A DNA stretch of 64,000 nt from Bacteroidota bacterium (GTDB lineage: Bacteria; Bacteroidota; Ignavibacteria; Kapaibacteriales; UBA961), in contig RGCF01000002.1 in assembly GCA_009919265.1 (NCBI GenBank), positions 11,059-75,058 on the forward strand, given 5' to 3'. This document shows, one piece after another, positions 31,195 to 41,572 of this stretch. The position numbers and the translations under genes were made by a program. The notes under the pieces were generated by a model. The model did no database searches. It was not told the origin of the DNA and saw nothing but the letters and a program-made list of their open reading frames with translations. The number at the start of each line of letters is the position of its first letter. Within the stretch, counting starts at the first letter, position 1.

Positions 31195-31304
31195 GCTTCC
31201 GCTATCGGCTCAACAGACGCGCCGCCCGGAAGAACGTCGATCCAATTCACAGGATCGGCACCATACTACCAGACAAGGTATTTTATCAAATTACAGAGGT
31301 GATT

Positions 31305-32285
31305 ATGCGTAAGTCCATACCCCTCGTACCTTTCTGGCTCAGCTTGGTTCTCTTCGTGATTGCTCTAGCTTTGCCAACCAATAGCTCATATGCTGCCCGA
31401 AAAAAATCGGACAAGCGAAAGGTAACGAAACGAGTTGCTTCAAAGAAAAAATCTAAGAAGCATCGCTACAAAATCGTTCATGTTTCAAAAACAAAATGTG
31501 ATCGAGTTGCAGGCAAGAAACTTGCCTTTGACTACCTCAACAATAATGAGGATCTCTCAAGACTGGCCGGTTTACAACCGGATGCTGACCTAACCCCGAC
31601 AACGGACATCGCCACGAATACTGGCTCTATTGCCGAGGCTCTCTCAACACAACAGTCCCTTGCTTCAACTATTGATGAGGGCGAATTAACTGCATCAGAC
31701 GCTGTATCAGGCGCGATGATTTCTGAAGGTGAGGATTTAGCCGAACTTGAAGAAGAAGATGATGTGGTTGTTGATATGGATGCATTCCGCTCATTGTGGC
31801 TTTCATATATCGACAGTGATCCAAATGATCCTTCGGCACGTGAAACAACTGATGGTGGAATTGCAAGACAAGCCATTATGGATGAAATCATGAATTGGAT
31901 TGGAACCACATATGTTTATGGTGGTACATCCAAATCCGGAATTGATTGTTCAGCATTTACAAGAGCTGTATTTGCAGGTGCAGGAGATGTTACTCTTCCG
32001 CGCACTGCAGCAACTCAATGGAATGTTGGAAGACCAATCCGCAATAGATCAGAAATGAAATTTGGCGATCTTATTTTCTTCCATACTCGCAAAGAAGTGT
32101 ATGTGTCACATGTAGGTATTTATCTCGGCGACAACTTATTTGCTCATGCAAGTTCACGCTATGGCGTGACAGTGTCATCGCTCGAAAGTACTTATTATGA
32201 CACCCGATTGATTGGTGTTCGCAGACTCGAACATCGCGATCTTGCACCTCTTGCAACAGGTGATGCAAAACGATATTCCTATTGA
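31305..32285 (+). CDS. NlpC/P60 (C40) cell-wall peptidase with basic and acidic low-complexity linkers
   Basis: Signal peptide, K/S/R-rich tract, acidic tract, then the catalytic 'GIDCSAFTRAVF' and 'HVGIYLG'. Confidence 0.85.
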   Translation: MRKSIPLVPFWLSLVLFVIALALPTNSSYAARKKSDKRKVTKRVASKKKSKKHRYKIVHVSKTKCDRVAGKKLAFDYLNNNEDLSRLAGLQPDADLTPTTDIATNTGSIAEALSTQQSLASTIDEGELTASDAVSGAMISEGEDLAELEEEDDVVVDMDAFRSLWLSYIDSDPNDPSARETTDGGIARQAIMDEIMNWIGTTYVYGGTSKSGIDCSAFTRAVFAGAGDVTLPRTAATQWNVGRPIRNRSEMKFGDLIFFHTRKEVYVSHVGIYLGDNLFAHASSRYGVTVSSLESTYYDTRLIGVRRLEHRDLAPLATGDAKRYSY

Positions 32286-32302
32286 TCAAAAAAAGAACAC
32301 AT

Positions 32303-32341
32303 AAAAAACGGGATGACTCTCAAAGTCATCCCGTTTTTTTA
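32303..32341. terminator. Bidirectional rho-independent terminator
   Basis: acgggatgact (32308-32318) pairs with agtcatcccgt (32324-32334), flanked by A- and T-runs. Confidence 0.8.
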
Positions 32342-33871
32342 TTCTGTTTGATTCTGATCTTGCAATCGTTCTCGTAACACTTTCTGTTTTCGAAACACTG
32401 CAAGTGCACATGAAATTCTTCTACCGCTTGGTACTCGTGAATTATTACATACATTCTCACCACATACCATCATCATTGAAGAACCCCCGCCATCAAGATT
32501 CAAAGCATCATGGGCTCCGAGTTTTTTCAATATAGCACCCATTTGATCCAATGTTGCGCCTCTTCCTTTACCAGATGGATCAACAAGCACCAACCAATTT
32601 TTTGTTTTTCGAGTATTCGTGCCAATAGCAGTTCTAGGAAGATTGTGTCCAATGAATCTACTATTGCGAGCTCCCTCGCTCACGCCTTGCTGACGCAATT
32701 CTCCGGCTTCTATCAGACGAGGAGTACCACACACTGCCTGCACATAAGGAATCGTATCTTTTTCAGCAGTATAATAACGAATGAATAGCGTATCACCTGC
32801 AACAGGTAATTTATCTGCCGGGAAATCTCTTCCAAGAGAAATGATTGCACCACGCAAAGGCATTGCCACCGTTCCTGTATCAACTGCATTCACCAAACAG
32901 GGTACTTCTTTATTTACTGTAGGTGTTCGAAGAAAGCGCACTTGTACCTTTATCAAAGGATATTCAATATTGGATTGCCTTTTCATTTCAGCCAATTCTG
33001 CTTTCAATTGTTCCATATCCAATTCTTCCTCCGTAGAATCTTCGGCGGACTGAGGTCTATTCTCCAAAAATTCTTCCGCAGCTTTATCTAATTGCATATT
33101 TGGTACATGCGGTATCGATGTGCCACCATAGAGATTATAGACGGCAATTCCATCAATGCTCGGTCTTTCATTTGTGTATGAAATTCGAAACTTCTCTCCA
33201 CTCTCTGTTCTTATCACTCCATCAAGATCAAATTTTCCTATAAACATTTTGTTTTTTGAATCAAAGAATGCACTTGTCCAATTTTTCTCATTACCCATTT
33301 GGATCACTTCTCCATTCAGAACAAGTGGTCCTATAGCTGTATTGCGATATGCTCTCCAAAAATTTGCATTGACCGCTGAAAGCAAGCTATCACGAACAGT
33401 GGTGTCTATTCGCATGAACATATCACCGATTCGCTCTAAACCATCATGTTTATTCATGCCTTTTATCACGCCAATTTTTAAGGTGGGATCATTGACATCC
33501 ATCTCAACGGCATATACAGGATGATTCAAAGGTCCATACAAGAAATGCATATATCTCAAGCCAGGGGCAAGCATAGTATCTTCAATAAAGACTTGCTTTC
33601 CATTCACGGAAACAAATTGATTATGTCCAGAAGAACCTGATGACTTTCTCCCTCTCCCTTTTCTAGAATGACGCCCTTTTTTCGAACCTTTTTTCGAACT
33701 TTTCTTCGAAGATCGTGAGGACTTCTTTGAACTCTTAGTTGATTTCTTTTTTGATGAATGAGAAGATGATGATTTGCCTTTCTTACGAGAAGCCGCATCA
33801 ATTTCCATTACGGGCATCAGCATGCTGAATGCCAATATCCAAGAGCAAAAGAGAAGTAAGTATGATTGCAT
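32339..33871 (-). CDS. Phosphodiester glycosidase-family (DUF2233/NAGPA-like) secreted protein with a long Lys/Ser-rich N-terminal tract
   Basis: 510 aa with a signal peptide, a basic tract of about 55 aa, and '[14 protein letters not shown]' near the C-terminus. Confidence 0.7.
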   Translation of the reverse strand: MQSYLLLFCSWILAFSMLMPVMEIDAASRKKGKSSSSHSSKKKSTKSSKKSSRSSKKSSKKGSKKGRHSRKGRGRKSSGSSGHNQFVSVNGKQVFIEDTMLAPGLRYMHFLYGPLNHPVYAVEMDVNDPTLKIGVIKGMNKHDGLERIGDMFMRIDTTVRDSLLSAVNANFWRAYRNTAIGPLVLNGEVIQMGNEKNWTSAFFDSKNKMFIGKFDLDGVIRTESGEKFRISYTNERPSIDGIAVYNLYGGTSIPHVPNMQLDKAAEEFLENRPQSAEDSTEEELDMEQLKAELAEMKRQSNIEYPLIKVQVRFLRTPTVNKEVPCLVNAVDTGTVAMPLRGAIISLGRDFPADKLPVAGDTLFIRYYTAEKDTIPYVQAVCGTPRLIEAGELRQQGVSEGARNSRFIGHNLPRTAIGTNTRKTKNWLVLVDPSGKGRGATLDQMGAILKKLGAHDALNLDGGGSSMMMVCGENVCNNSRVPSGRRISCALAVFRKQKVLRERLQDQNQTE

Positions 33872-33965
33872 TGTATGTTCTCACTGAAAGCAGTATATCC
33901 TCATACGGCGAAAAATGCTAAATTGTGCCTTTAGACAAATCTTCTCACCGTTCAGGATTGGTGCC

Positions 33966-34745
33966 ATGAACTTTGAAACAATAATTTTTGAAGAAAAAGG
34001 CCATATATGCCTTATTACGCTCAATAGGCCAGATAAGTTAAACGCCTTAAACGCCACCTTATTGAATGAGCTGCAAAAAGCGCTCCAATTTTGCTCAAAT
34101 TCAGAAAAATGTCGGGCAATAATCATTACCGGATCAGGCAAAGCATTTGCCGCCGGGGCTGATATCGCACAATTACATGAACAAACAGCTACAACAGGTG
34201 CTGCATTTGCAATGTTTGGACAAGCAATTTTTACAGAATTGGAATATATGAAAAAACCCGTCATCGCTGCAGTCAACGGCTTTGCTCTTGGTGGTGGTTG
34301 CGAGCTTGCGCTTGCTTGTCATATGAGATTTGCATCCCCGATGGCAAAATTTGGTCAACCTGAGGTGAACTTAGGGATAATACCGGGATATGGTGGAACG
34401 CAGAGGTTAACAACATTGGTTGGTTCAGCTCAAGCAACAGAACTCATTTTGACTGGTGCTATCATCAATGCCGAAGAAGCACTCCGCATAGGATTGGTAA
34501 ACAGATTAATTGATCCTGAGTCTTTGATTGATGAATGTATCAAGATCGCTGAATTGATTGCATCAAAAGCACCATTGGCAATATCAGCAAGCCTTGCCGC
34601 CATTCGTTCAGCAATTGATTGTGGAACAGCCGAAGGGATGGAAAGCGAAGCCCGGCTCTTTGGAGAAATTTGTGGGACTGAGGATTTTAAAGAAGGGACA
34701 GCCGCATTTTTGGAGAAAAGACAAGCCAATTTTAAAGGGAAATGA
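33966..34745 (+). CDS. Enoyl-CoA hydratase (crotonase family)
   Basis: 'ITLNRPDKLNALN', 'ITGSGKAFAAGADI', 'AAVNGFALGGGCELALACH' and 'EGTAAFLEKR'. Confidence 0.9.
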   Translation: MNFETIIFEEKGHICLITLNRPDKLNALNATLLNELQKALQFCSNSEKCRAIIITGSGKAFAAGADIAQLHEQTATTGAAFAMFGQAIFTELEYMKKPVIAAVNGFALGGGCELALACHMRFASPMAKFGQPEVNLGIIPGYGGTQRLTTLVGSAQATELILTGAIINAEEALRIGLVNRLIDPESLIDECIKIAELIASKAPLAISASLAAIRSAIDCGTAEGMESEARLFGEICGTEDFKEGTAAFLEKRQANFKGK

Positions 34746-34826
34746 CAAATACAGAAAACAATCTAAGAATTCCCTATTTTTGCAATCTTGTTTAGTGATT
34801 CCATTACACATAATCGGATTAATATT

Positions 34827-35630
34827 ATGAGAATCAAAGTAGTCTTGATGAGCTTGACAATTTTCCTTGCAAGTGGTTTTATACTTCGCGCACAGGATGA
34901 CAGACTCGATGAATTGACATTTGAGGAGACAGTGATTCAAGAAGAAAAAGTCCCATATTTCGGTGTGGGTGGTGGTTTCATGATATCATTATTTTCTCCC
35001 AATCTCACTGATGTGAATACACAAATCACAAGTGCAGGATTCAGTGAATTAACAACTCCCATCACAATGACCGGTGCTTTGGGTGTAGCAACAATTGGAA
35101 TCATTCCGAATGTTCGTATTTCAATTACAAATCTGAGCGGAAGTGCATCTACTCCCGATAAGAGTTTCACAGTGAACAGCAATGAGTATCTGCGCTCTGT
35201 CACTTTGTCAAATGCATATACAGGATTTGGATTTGATTATGCATTCTCACTCGCTAAATCATTGTATCTCTTACCAGGCTTTACGGGAGGTTGGGGAACA
35301 ATGGATATCGTGACCGCACAATATGCGAAAGCCGCTAATACATCTAATAATGGAATTGGTGGAAACCCTGCGGATGCGAATGTCTTTAATCACTCATTGA
35401 GTAATGATTATTTCATGATCAATCCCGGTTTAAGTGTTGAATTTGCACCTGCATTGCTTGGAAATGACAAACCAAGAATCGTGACTGTTAGAGCGCATGC
35501 AGGCTATGCACTCAGCTTCATGGGAGACTGGAAAGAAAATGGAAAAACAATTGTGAACAATGTTCCAACAGGCATTAATGCATCAGGTTTGGCATTTCAA
35601 ATCGGCTTTATGATTGGCTTGTTCAACTAA
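34827..35630 (+). CDS. Hypothetical outer-membrane beta-barrel-like protein
   Basis: Signal peptide 'MRIKVVLMSLTIFLASGFILRAQ', alternating amphipathic strands, and C-terminal '...MIGLFN'. Confidence 0.5.
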   Translation: MRIKVVLMSLTIFLASGFILRAQDDRLDELTFEETVIQEEKVPYFGVGGGFMISLFSPNLTDVNTQITSAGFSELTTPITMTGALGVATIGIIPNVRISITNLSGSASTPDKSFTVNSNEYLRSVTLSNAYTGFGFDYAFSLAKSLYLLPGFTGGWGTMDIVTAQYAKAANTSNNGIGGNPADANVFNHSLSNDYFMINPGLSVEFAPALLGNDKPRIVTVRAHAGYALSFMGDWKENGKTIVNNVPTGINASGLAFQIGFMIGLFN

Positions 35631-35640
35631 TTTTCCAATC

Positions 35641-35713
<73 letters not shown>

Positions 35714-35720
35714 CTCAGCA

Positions 35721-35975
35721 GTCATCCATAATGCCGGAGTTATTAGAACATTGCAAAAAGAAAATGGGTCTTTTATGCAATGGCTGGATTCACATCATCC
35801 GATGTCAAGAACTGAATGGACCAAACTTTTCAAAAGAACATTCAAGTTCACAGGTGGTGAAATCGTTAATGAATTCCTCATGAGTACTGGATACTTAGCG
35901 GGTGCTCATAGAGAAGAGTGTCCAATACATACCCATATTCTTACCCTCTCTCCACGATGGGTTTCAACCGATTGA
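35721..35975 (+). pseudogene. 3' remnant of a DNA-3-methyladenine glycosylase I (Tag-like) gene
   Basis: The frame translates 'VIHNAGVIRTLQKENGSFMQWL...FKFTGGEIVNEFLMSTGYLAGAHREEC'. This resembles only the C-terminal 85 aa or so of Tag (the 'FKFVG.TICY.FMQA.G.VNDH...C' region). The N-terminal half is absent, and the same frame runs back into the tRNA gene. Confidence 0.5.
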
Positions 35976-36172
35976 CATATTGAATTTTCCTTTCAGAACA
36001 AGGATTACACCCAATTTTTCACAAGAAAACAATGTGAATTGCATTCTTATGGTCTGGCAAGACAAGATTCGACCAATGAGAGTGCTATGAATTCAAAACA
36101 ATTCAGCATTTTTGTGGTATATAAATTGTGGGGGAATCTTCTAACACCCTCATTTCTCATACTTTAGGACAT

Positions 36173-38065
36173 ATGTACCTCATGAGATACATCCTAACAA
36201 CATTGCTCGCTTTTGTGCTATCCATCAATGTATTTGCACAAAATCAAAAACCACTTGTCAAAAAGTTTGAATTTGGGATTTATGGAGGATTGAACTACAA
36301 TTTCCATGCTCCTGATTTTACTTCAAGCTTGGGAGGAAATTATAATGTCTCCGCAACATCCATGGGCTTTCATGGAGGTGGTTTTGCTGATTATAGTTTA
36401 GATAATACATTCAGATTGACTGGTAGAATTGGGATACATGGGATGGGAGCCGATTTGATTGAATCGCTACCACAAAATCTTCAAAATACCTTCAGTGCAA
36501 ATATCACCATGTTGGAAGTGTCAACCGGTGTTAAAATCAATGAATTATTCAATGATAGTCCTGCTTATGTATTGGCAGGTCTTGAATATGGTTCACGATT
36601 GACAAGCGAATACACTGAAAATCTTGCAAGCAATCCCGTATCATCAACAGATTATTTTACCATCGATGGAACCCAAGATCGTTTGGCAATTTTTGTTGGT
36701 GCCGGAATACCCATGAAAGCATGGGGCTATACTATCGCACCAGAAATCACCTATAGAAAATCATTGAGTGATTTTAGTTCAATACTTGCTCCATGGGGTG
36801 TAGATCAATTGCGCATCGGTGTTTCTTTAACACTTGGACCAAGCAATAAAAAAACTGAAAAAATAATTGCTATAGTAAATTCTCCAAGCATGGAGATTGG
36901 ATATTATAATGATGCCGGTGATTATAGCATTTTGGAATCAGGCTTGAAAGTTGAAGATATTCAATACTCTGAAATGTATCCATTTGTTCCATTCATTTTC
37001 TTCGGACTGAACAGTGAAAAACCTGATCCGGAATTGCAAATGACAAATAGCGGTGATGCTCGTGGAAAGTTTTCATTGGAAACTTTACCTCAAGATGCAA
37101 TTGAAATCAATAAAAGAACAATGGACATCATCGGTCTTCGCATGCAAAGCAACCCTGATGCAACTATCAATTTGATTGGATCTATTGATGGAAAATCAGA
37201 AACAAAGAAAGGTCTTGCTTTGCGCAGAGCAGAAAATGTGAAAACATATTTGACATCAAATTATAGTATCGATCCAAATCGGATTGCAACGGCATCCAAA
37301 AATTTACCGGATGTTCCCACAGCTAAGAATCTCAAAGATGGTATGAGTGAAAATCGAAGAGTCACAGTTAAATCTTCACATTTTGACATCCTTGAACCGA
37401 TTACAATTCGTGGCGATGAAAGTCGCTGGACAAAGCCCGAACTCATCGAGTTTAGGCCTAAAGATTTTGACAGTTCTGCCATAGGAAGCTGGACATTAAA
37501 CGTTTCTCAAGCAGGTAGATCATTGAAAGAATTGGTAGGCGCAGGTTCTCCTGCACCTCAACGGTGGGTGATTAGACCAAATGATTTGTCCAATGCACAA
37601 GTACCTATTGACTATACACTCTCCACAGTGAATAGCAATGGCACAACATCTACGGTCAATGGATCAATTCCTGTTGATTATATGACAAAAACCATGCCCT
37701 CGGTTCAGCCAACACCAGATATGATGGTAACGAAGTTTTCTTTGATTCTGTTTGATTTTGACAGAGCAGAAATTTCAGCAGAAAATGCAGAGATATTAAA
37801 GAATCGAGTTGGACCTGTTATTAAATCAAATTCAGTCGTTAAAATCATCGGATACACAGATCGAATCGGAGCTCCTGAATATAATCGCTCACTTGCATTG
37901 CAAAGAGCAATTGTAACGCGTGATATATTGGAAGAAAAGGCACCAGGTATAAAATTTGAAGTATCAGGCCGCGGTGAAGATGTTGAGATTTTCGACAATG
38001 CCGTTCCGACAGGAAGAGTACTTTCAAGAACTGTACAGGTTTTTGTTGAGACTCCAAGAAATTAA
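36173..38065 (+). CDS. OmpA-family outer-membrane protein with two OmpA-like peptidoglycan-binding modules
   Basis: Signal peptide 'MYLMRYILTTLLAFVLSINVFAQ' and an N-terminal barrel-like region. 'LALRRAENVKTYL' and 'NRSLALQRAIVTRDIL' are OmpA_C-like. Confidence 0.8.
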   Translation: MYLMRYILTTLLAFVLSINVFAQNQKPLVKKFEFGIYGGLNYNFHAPDFTSSLGGNYNVSATSMGFHGGGFADYSLDNTFRLTGRIGIHGMGADLIESLPQNLQNTFSANITMLEVSTGVKINELFNDSPAYVLAGLEYGSRLTSEYTENLASNPVSSTDYFTIDGTQDRLAIFVGAGIPMKAWGYTIAPEITYRKSLSDFSSILAPWGVDQLRIGVSLTLGPSNKKTEKIIAIVNSPSMEIGYYNDAGDYSILESGLKVEDIQYSEMYPFVPFIFFGLNSEKPDPELQMTNSGDARGKFSLETLPQDAIEINKRTMDIIGLRMQSNPDATINLIGSIDGKSETKKGLALRRAENVKTYLTSNYSIDPNRIATASKNLPDVPTAKNLKDGMSENRRVTVKSSHFDILEPITIRGDESRWTKPELIEFRPKDFDSSAIGSWTLNVSQAGRSLKELVGAGSPAPQRWVIRPNDLSNAQVPIDYTLSTVNSNGTTSTVNGSIPVDYMTKTMPSVQPTPDMMVTKFSLILFDFDRAEISAENAEILKNRVGPVIKSNSVVKIIGYTDRIGAPEYNRSLALQRAIVTRDILEEKAPGIKFEVSGRGEDVEIFDNAVPTGRVLSRTVQVFVETPRN

Positions 38066-38086
38066 TATTGATTACCATTCCTATTT

Positions 38087-38123
38087 ACCGGCGTGAGGTA
38101 TTCCCTCTCGCCGGTTTTGTTTC
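38087..38123 (+). terminator. Rho-independent terminator after the OmpA-family gene
   Basis: accggcg (38087-38093) pairs with cgccggt (38109-38115), followed by a T-rich tail. Confidence 0.6.
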
Positions 38124-38138
38124 TAGGCACAACCATTC

Positions 38139-39272
38139 ATGAAACAATTGAATGATTCACATCCGGCAATGTCATGCATAGGAAATTTTACTGCAGATGA
38201 ATTGTCGCTCAATCTAGAAAAATCCGGCTTTCCCTCCTATCGCGGAAAACAATTGTTTCATGCATTATATGCAAGAAAACATGATACGCCATTTTCATTT
38301 GAATCTATCACAACATTACCGAGCGATATACGAAATTCACTCTTGCAGAAATACGGCACCGATCATTTTTCAATTCAGTTAACTGATGTACATGTTTCCA
38401 AAGATGGCACAAGAAAAATGCTTTTCTCATTATTGGACGATACTGCAGTTGAAACGGTTTTGATTCCAAGCGAAATGGTAAATGAAGAGGGGCTCCCCAA
38501 AAGACGCACACTTTGTATTTCTACACAAGTTGGTTGCGCCTTGGGATGTGCATTTTGTGCAACCGCCACATTGAAACTTAAAAGAAATTTAGCAACAGCA
38601 GAAATTGTTGATCAATATATGAGGGCCAGAGAAATTTGTTCAACTGATATCACAAATATCGTATTCATGGGAATGGGCGAACCTATGCTGAATTATGACA
38701 ATGTGATGAAAGCTGTCGACATTCTCACTCAACCTGAAAGCGAACTCATTAGTCCGAAGCATATTACTCTTTCCACAGCTGGAATTGTTCCCGGTATCAT
38801 TCGACTCGCTGATGAATCTCGCTCAATTAAACTTGCTCTTTCATTGCACGGGACAACACAAGGTCAAAGAGAAGCTATCATGCCCATAGCAAATAAATAT
38901 TCTTTGAAAGAATTGGGCGATGCACTGGAATATTATTATCGGAAAACGAAGAAACCAATCACATTCGAATATATCTTGTTTGACGGGTTCAATGATACAC
39001 AAGAAGATGTGATGCGTCTTGCCAAATTGACAAGAAGAGTTCCTTCAAAAGTGAATGTTATTCCTTTTCATACAATTGAATTTACTGCGCCTGAGGGAAT
39101 ATCCGCATCTCTCAAGCCTGCTCCCGAATCAACATTTTATGCATTTATCAAAGCATTGAGAAGTCAAGATGTCACTGTGATGATTCGCTCTTCAAGTGGA
39201 CTGGACATCGATGCAGCTTGCGGACAACTTGCCTACTCGCATGCAGGCGGTAGTGCAGGAGCAATTGCATGA
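38139..39272 (+). CDS. rlmN: 23S rRNA/tRNA (adenine-C2)-methyltransferase RlmN (radical SAM)
   Basis: 'CISTQVGCALGCAFCAT' is the CxxxCxxC cluster. Also 'MGMGEPMLN' and the C-terminal 'CGQL'. Confidence 0.92.
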   Translation: MKQLNDSHPAMSCIGNFTADELSLNLEKSGFPSYRGKQLFHALYARKHDTPFSFESITTLPSDIRNSLLQKYGTDHFSIQLTDVHVSKDGTRKMLFSLLDDTAVETVLIPSEMVNEEGLPKRRTLCISTQVGCALGCAFCATATLKLKRNLATAEIVDQYMRAREICSTDITNIVFMGMGEPMLNYDNVMKAVDILTQPESELISPKHITLSTAGIVPGIIRLADESRSIKLALSLHGTTQGQREAIMPIANKYSLKELGDALEYYYRKTKKPITFEYILFDGFNDTQEDVMRLAKLTRRVPSKVNVIPFHTIEFTAPEGISASLKPAPESTFYAFIKALRSQDVTVMIRSSSGLDIDAACGQLAYSHAGGSAGAIA

Positions 39273-40213
39273 AGTTGTTTATTAGCATGATATTGTCTAT
39301 TCTTTCTATGTCTATGCAACTGCTTGCAGAGGAAGATATATTCACTAATCAAATCTTTGTATCTGCAGAGTTGAAAAAGGATCAACTTTATCGAATTCGT
39401 TTGATGAATGGAGATGTCTTGACCGGACAATACAAAGAGAAAGGCGACAGTACAATTCGTGAAGATTCTGCAATGATTGAATCAATCTTATTTAAAACCC
39501 TCATTGGAGACTTCGCGCTCTATGCTGATGAAATAGCAACCATTACTGCATTGACTCAATCATATCGACATTCTTCTGCATTATATTTCATGCCCGCAGG
39601 TGATGAGATCGGAAAGAATCACTATGTTTCTCTAACACAGTTGGCATTTCTACAATGTGGTTTTGGAGTTGAACATCTTTCGGTAAATGGTGGAATAACA
39701 CTCATCCCCGGAATGTCATTTGATGAACAAGGCAAGCATGTGAATATCAAGTATACTTTTTATGAAGAGCAACAAGAGAATATTCCCGGTCATTATACAG
39801 TAGCGGGAGGATATTCACTGATATATGCAAACTCCGCAAATGTACTTCAACATGCATATGTCACAAGTTCATTTCATATGCCAAGAACTACATTGACCAC
39901 TGCTTTGTTTTTCAAAACAGGATCTGATGATATCTATGAAGCAAGTGCAGGAAGATGGGGGTCAGGACTTATACGGTTCAATAATGGATCATTGGGATTT
40001 GGTCTTGGTTTTGATATTTCTCTTACTGCCCGACATGATACCAAAGTACTTGCGGAATTATGGTGTTCAGATATTATGCGTCCAAGAAATTCAGCAGGAT
40101 TTTTGGGTTTGCGATTATGTAATGATCGCTATTCAATGGATGCAGGTTTGGCAATGTTCACTGCCCCTGCAATGTTACCGGCAGTGAAGATACAATGGCT
40201 TCCATTTCAATAA
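39269..40213 (+). CDS. Hypothetical secreted, possibly outer-membrane protein
   Basis: 314 aa with a signal peptide. Its start overlaps the rlmN stop by 4 nt, and its stop overlaps the annotated dxr ATG by 19 nt. Confidence 0.5.
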   Translation: MKLFISMILSILSMSMQLLAEEDIFTNQIFVSAELKKDQLYRIRLMNGDVLTGQYKEKGDSTIREDSAMIESILFKTLIGDFALYADEIATITALTQSYRHSSALYFMPAGDEIGKNHYVSLTQLAFLQCGFGVEHLSVNGGITLIPGMSFDEQGKHVNIKYTFYEEQQENIPGHYTVAGGYSLIYANSANVLQHAYVTSSFHMPRTTLTTALFFKTGSDDIYEASAGRWGSGLIRFNNGSLGFGLGFDISLTARHDTKVLAELWCSDIMRPRNSAGFLGLRLCNDRYSMDAGLAMFTAPAMLPAVKIQWLPFQ

Positions 40214-41367
40214 GGAACAATGTGAGAACTCTTACAATACTCGGATCAACCGGTTCCATTGGAACGCAAACGCTTGATATCATCAGAAAATTTAGAAATG
40301 ATTTTTCCATTAATTTTCTTACTGCAAATACACGCATCAAAGAATTGGAAGAACAAACACGAGAGTTTTCACCGAAAGGCGTTGCAATTAGTGATGAAGC
40401 ATCTTGGAAAGAATTCAAACAACACACTTCATTCAAAGGTGAAATTCTCTGTGGCGAAGAAGGGGTGATTGCGGCGGCAAGTCATATAAACAATCAGATA
40501 GTCATGCAAGCATTGGTTGGTTTCAGCGGAGTGCTTCCAACATTAGCTGCTATTGAGCAGGGTTCGACAATTGCATTGGCAAACAAAGAAACATTGGTAA
40601 GTGCTGGTTCGATTGTCATGAAATCAGCAAAAGACAAAGGCATTCCTATTCTTGCGGTTGATAGCGAACACAGTGCAATTCTTCAATGCATGGCTGGCGA
40701 AGAACGATCTATGATTGATAAAATCATACTTACTGCATCGGGTGGTCCATTCAGAGAATTGGATGCAGAATCTTTTGATTCCATCACAAGAGAACAAGCA
40801 TTGAAACATCCAAATTGGGTGATGGGTCAGAAAATCACCATTGATTCTGCCACTCTCATGAATAAAGGATTCGAAGTGATAGAAGCACATTGGCTTTTTG
40901 ATTTGGCTCCTGAAAAAATTGAAGTTGTGATTCATCCTCAAAGCATCATACATTCTCTCGTACAATTTGGTGATGCATCCGTTAAAGCACAATTGGGTAC
41001 ACCGGATATGAGAGTTCCAATTATCTATGCACTCTTTCACCCCGAAAGAAGACATGCTGATTTACCAAAACTCGATTTGCTTACAGCAGGAAATCTCTCA
41101 TTCTTCAAACCCGACACGCAGCGTTTTCCATGTCTTCAACTTGCTTTTGACGCAATGCAAAGAGGAGGAACAGCACCTGCCATTCTAAATGCCGCAAATG
41201 AAATCGCAGTGCAGGCCTTCTTGGAAAATAAGGCAAGATTTCTACAAATACCCCAAACCATAGAAAGCACATTGCAGAAGATGTCAATTGTGGATAATCC
41301 AACAATCAACGATATTGATTCTGCTGACAAAGAAGCAAGAGCATTTGCTATGAGCTTGCTACAATAA
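40195..41367 (+). CDS. dxr: 1-deoxy-D-xylulose-5-phosphate reductoisomerase
   Basis: 'LTILGSTGSIGTQTLDI', 'LANKETLV' and 'DSEHSAI'. An alternative GTG start at 40222 would remove the overlap. Confidence 0.95.
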   Translation: MASISIRNNVRTLTILGSTGSIGTQTLDIIRKFRNDFSINFLTANTRIKELEEQTREFSPKGVAISDEASWKEFKQHTSFKGEILCGEEGVIAAASHINNQIVMQALVGFSGVLPTLAAIEQGSTIALANKETLVSAGSIVMKSAKDKGIPILAVDSEHSAILQCMAGEERSMIDKIILTASGGPFRELDAESFDSITREQALKHPNWVMGQKITIDSATLMNKGFEVIEAHWLFDLAPEKIEVVIHPQSIIHSLVQFGDASVKAQLGTPDMRVPIIYALFHPERRHADLPKLDLLTAGNLSFFKPDTQRFPCLQLAFDAMQRGGTAPAILNAANEIAVQAFLENKARFLQIPQTIESTLQKMSIVDNPTINDIDSADKEARAFAMSLLQ

Positions 41368-41572
41368 TTCCAATTCTTGCGAGTCAAAATTTCCATGACT
41401 TCCGCGTTTATTTGGGGATTGCCTTCCATAATCCGATATTTGCATGTCATGATTTTCCAATTTTCCAGAGGCAGCCATACTCCTTGAGACAATGTTTGAA
41501 CCGTACAGACAGCATAAGCCATTTATGAAATGGCGGCATTGCATGCATCAAGGAACAATGGAGTTGTAGAAA

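Noticed and set aside
31195-31304. Possible c-di-AMP (ydaO-type) riboswitch upstream of NlpC/P60
   Set aside because: It is too short. It also lacks the conserved ACGGGGA, GGGGUGAAUCC and CCGAAUCC...CAGCUAACCUCGUAAGCG blocks and the pseudo-twofold architecture.
33881-34276. 131-aa ORF antisense to the 5' end of the enoyl-CoA hydratase gene; similar antisense ORFs at 34430-34940 and 41136-41522
   Set aside because: They overlap well-supported genes (crotonase and dxr) and have no motifs or sensible starts.
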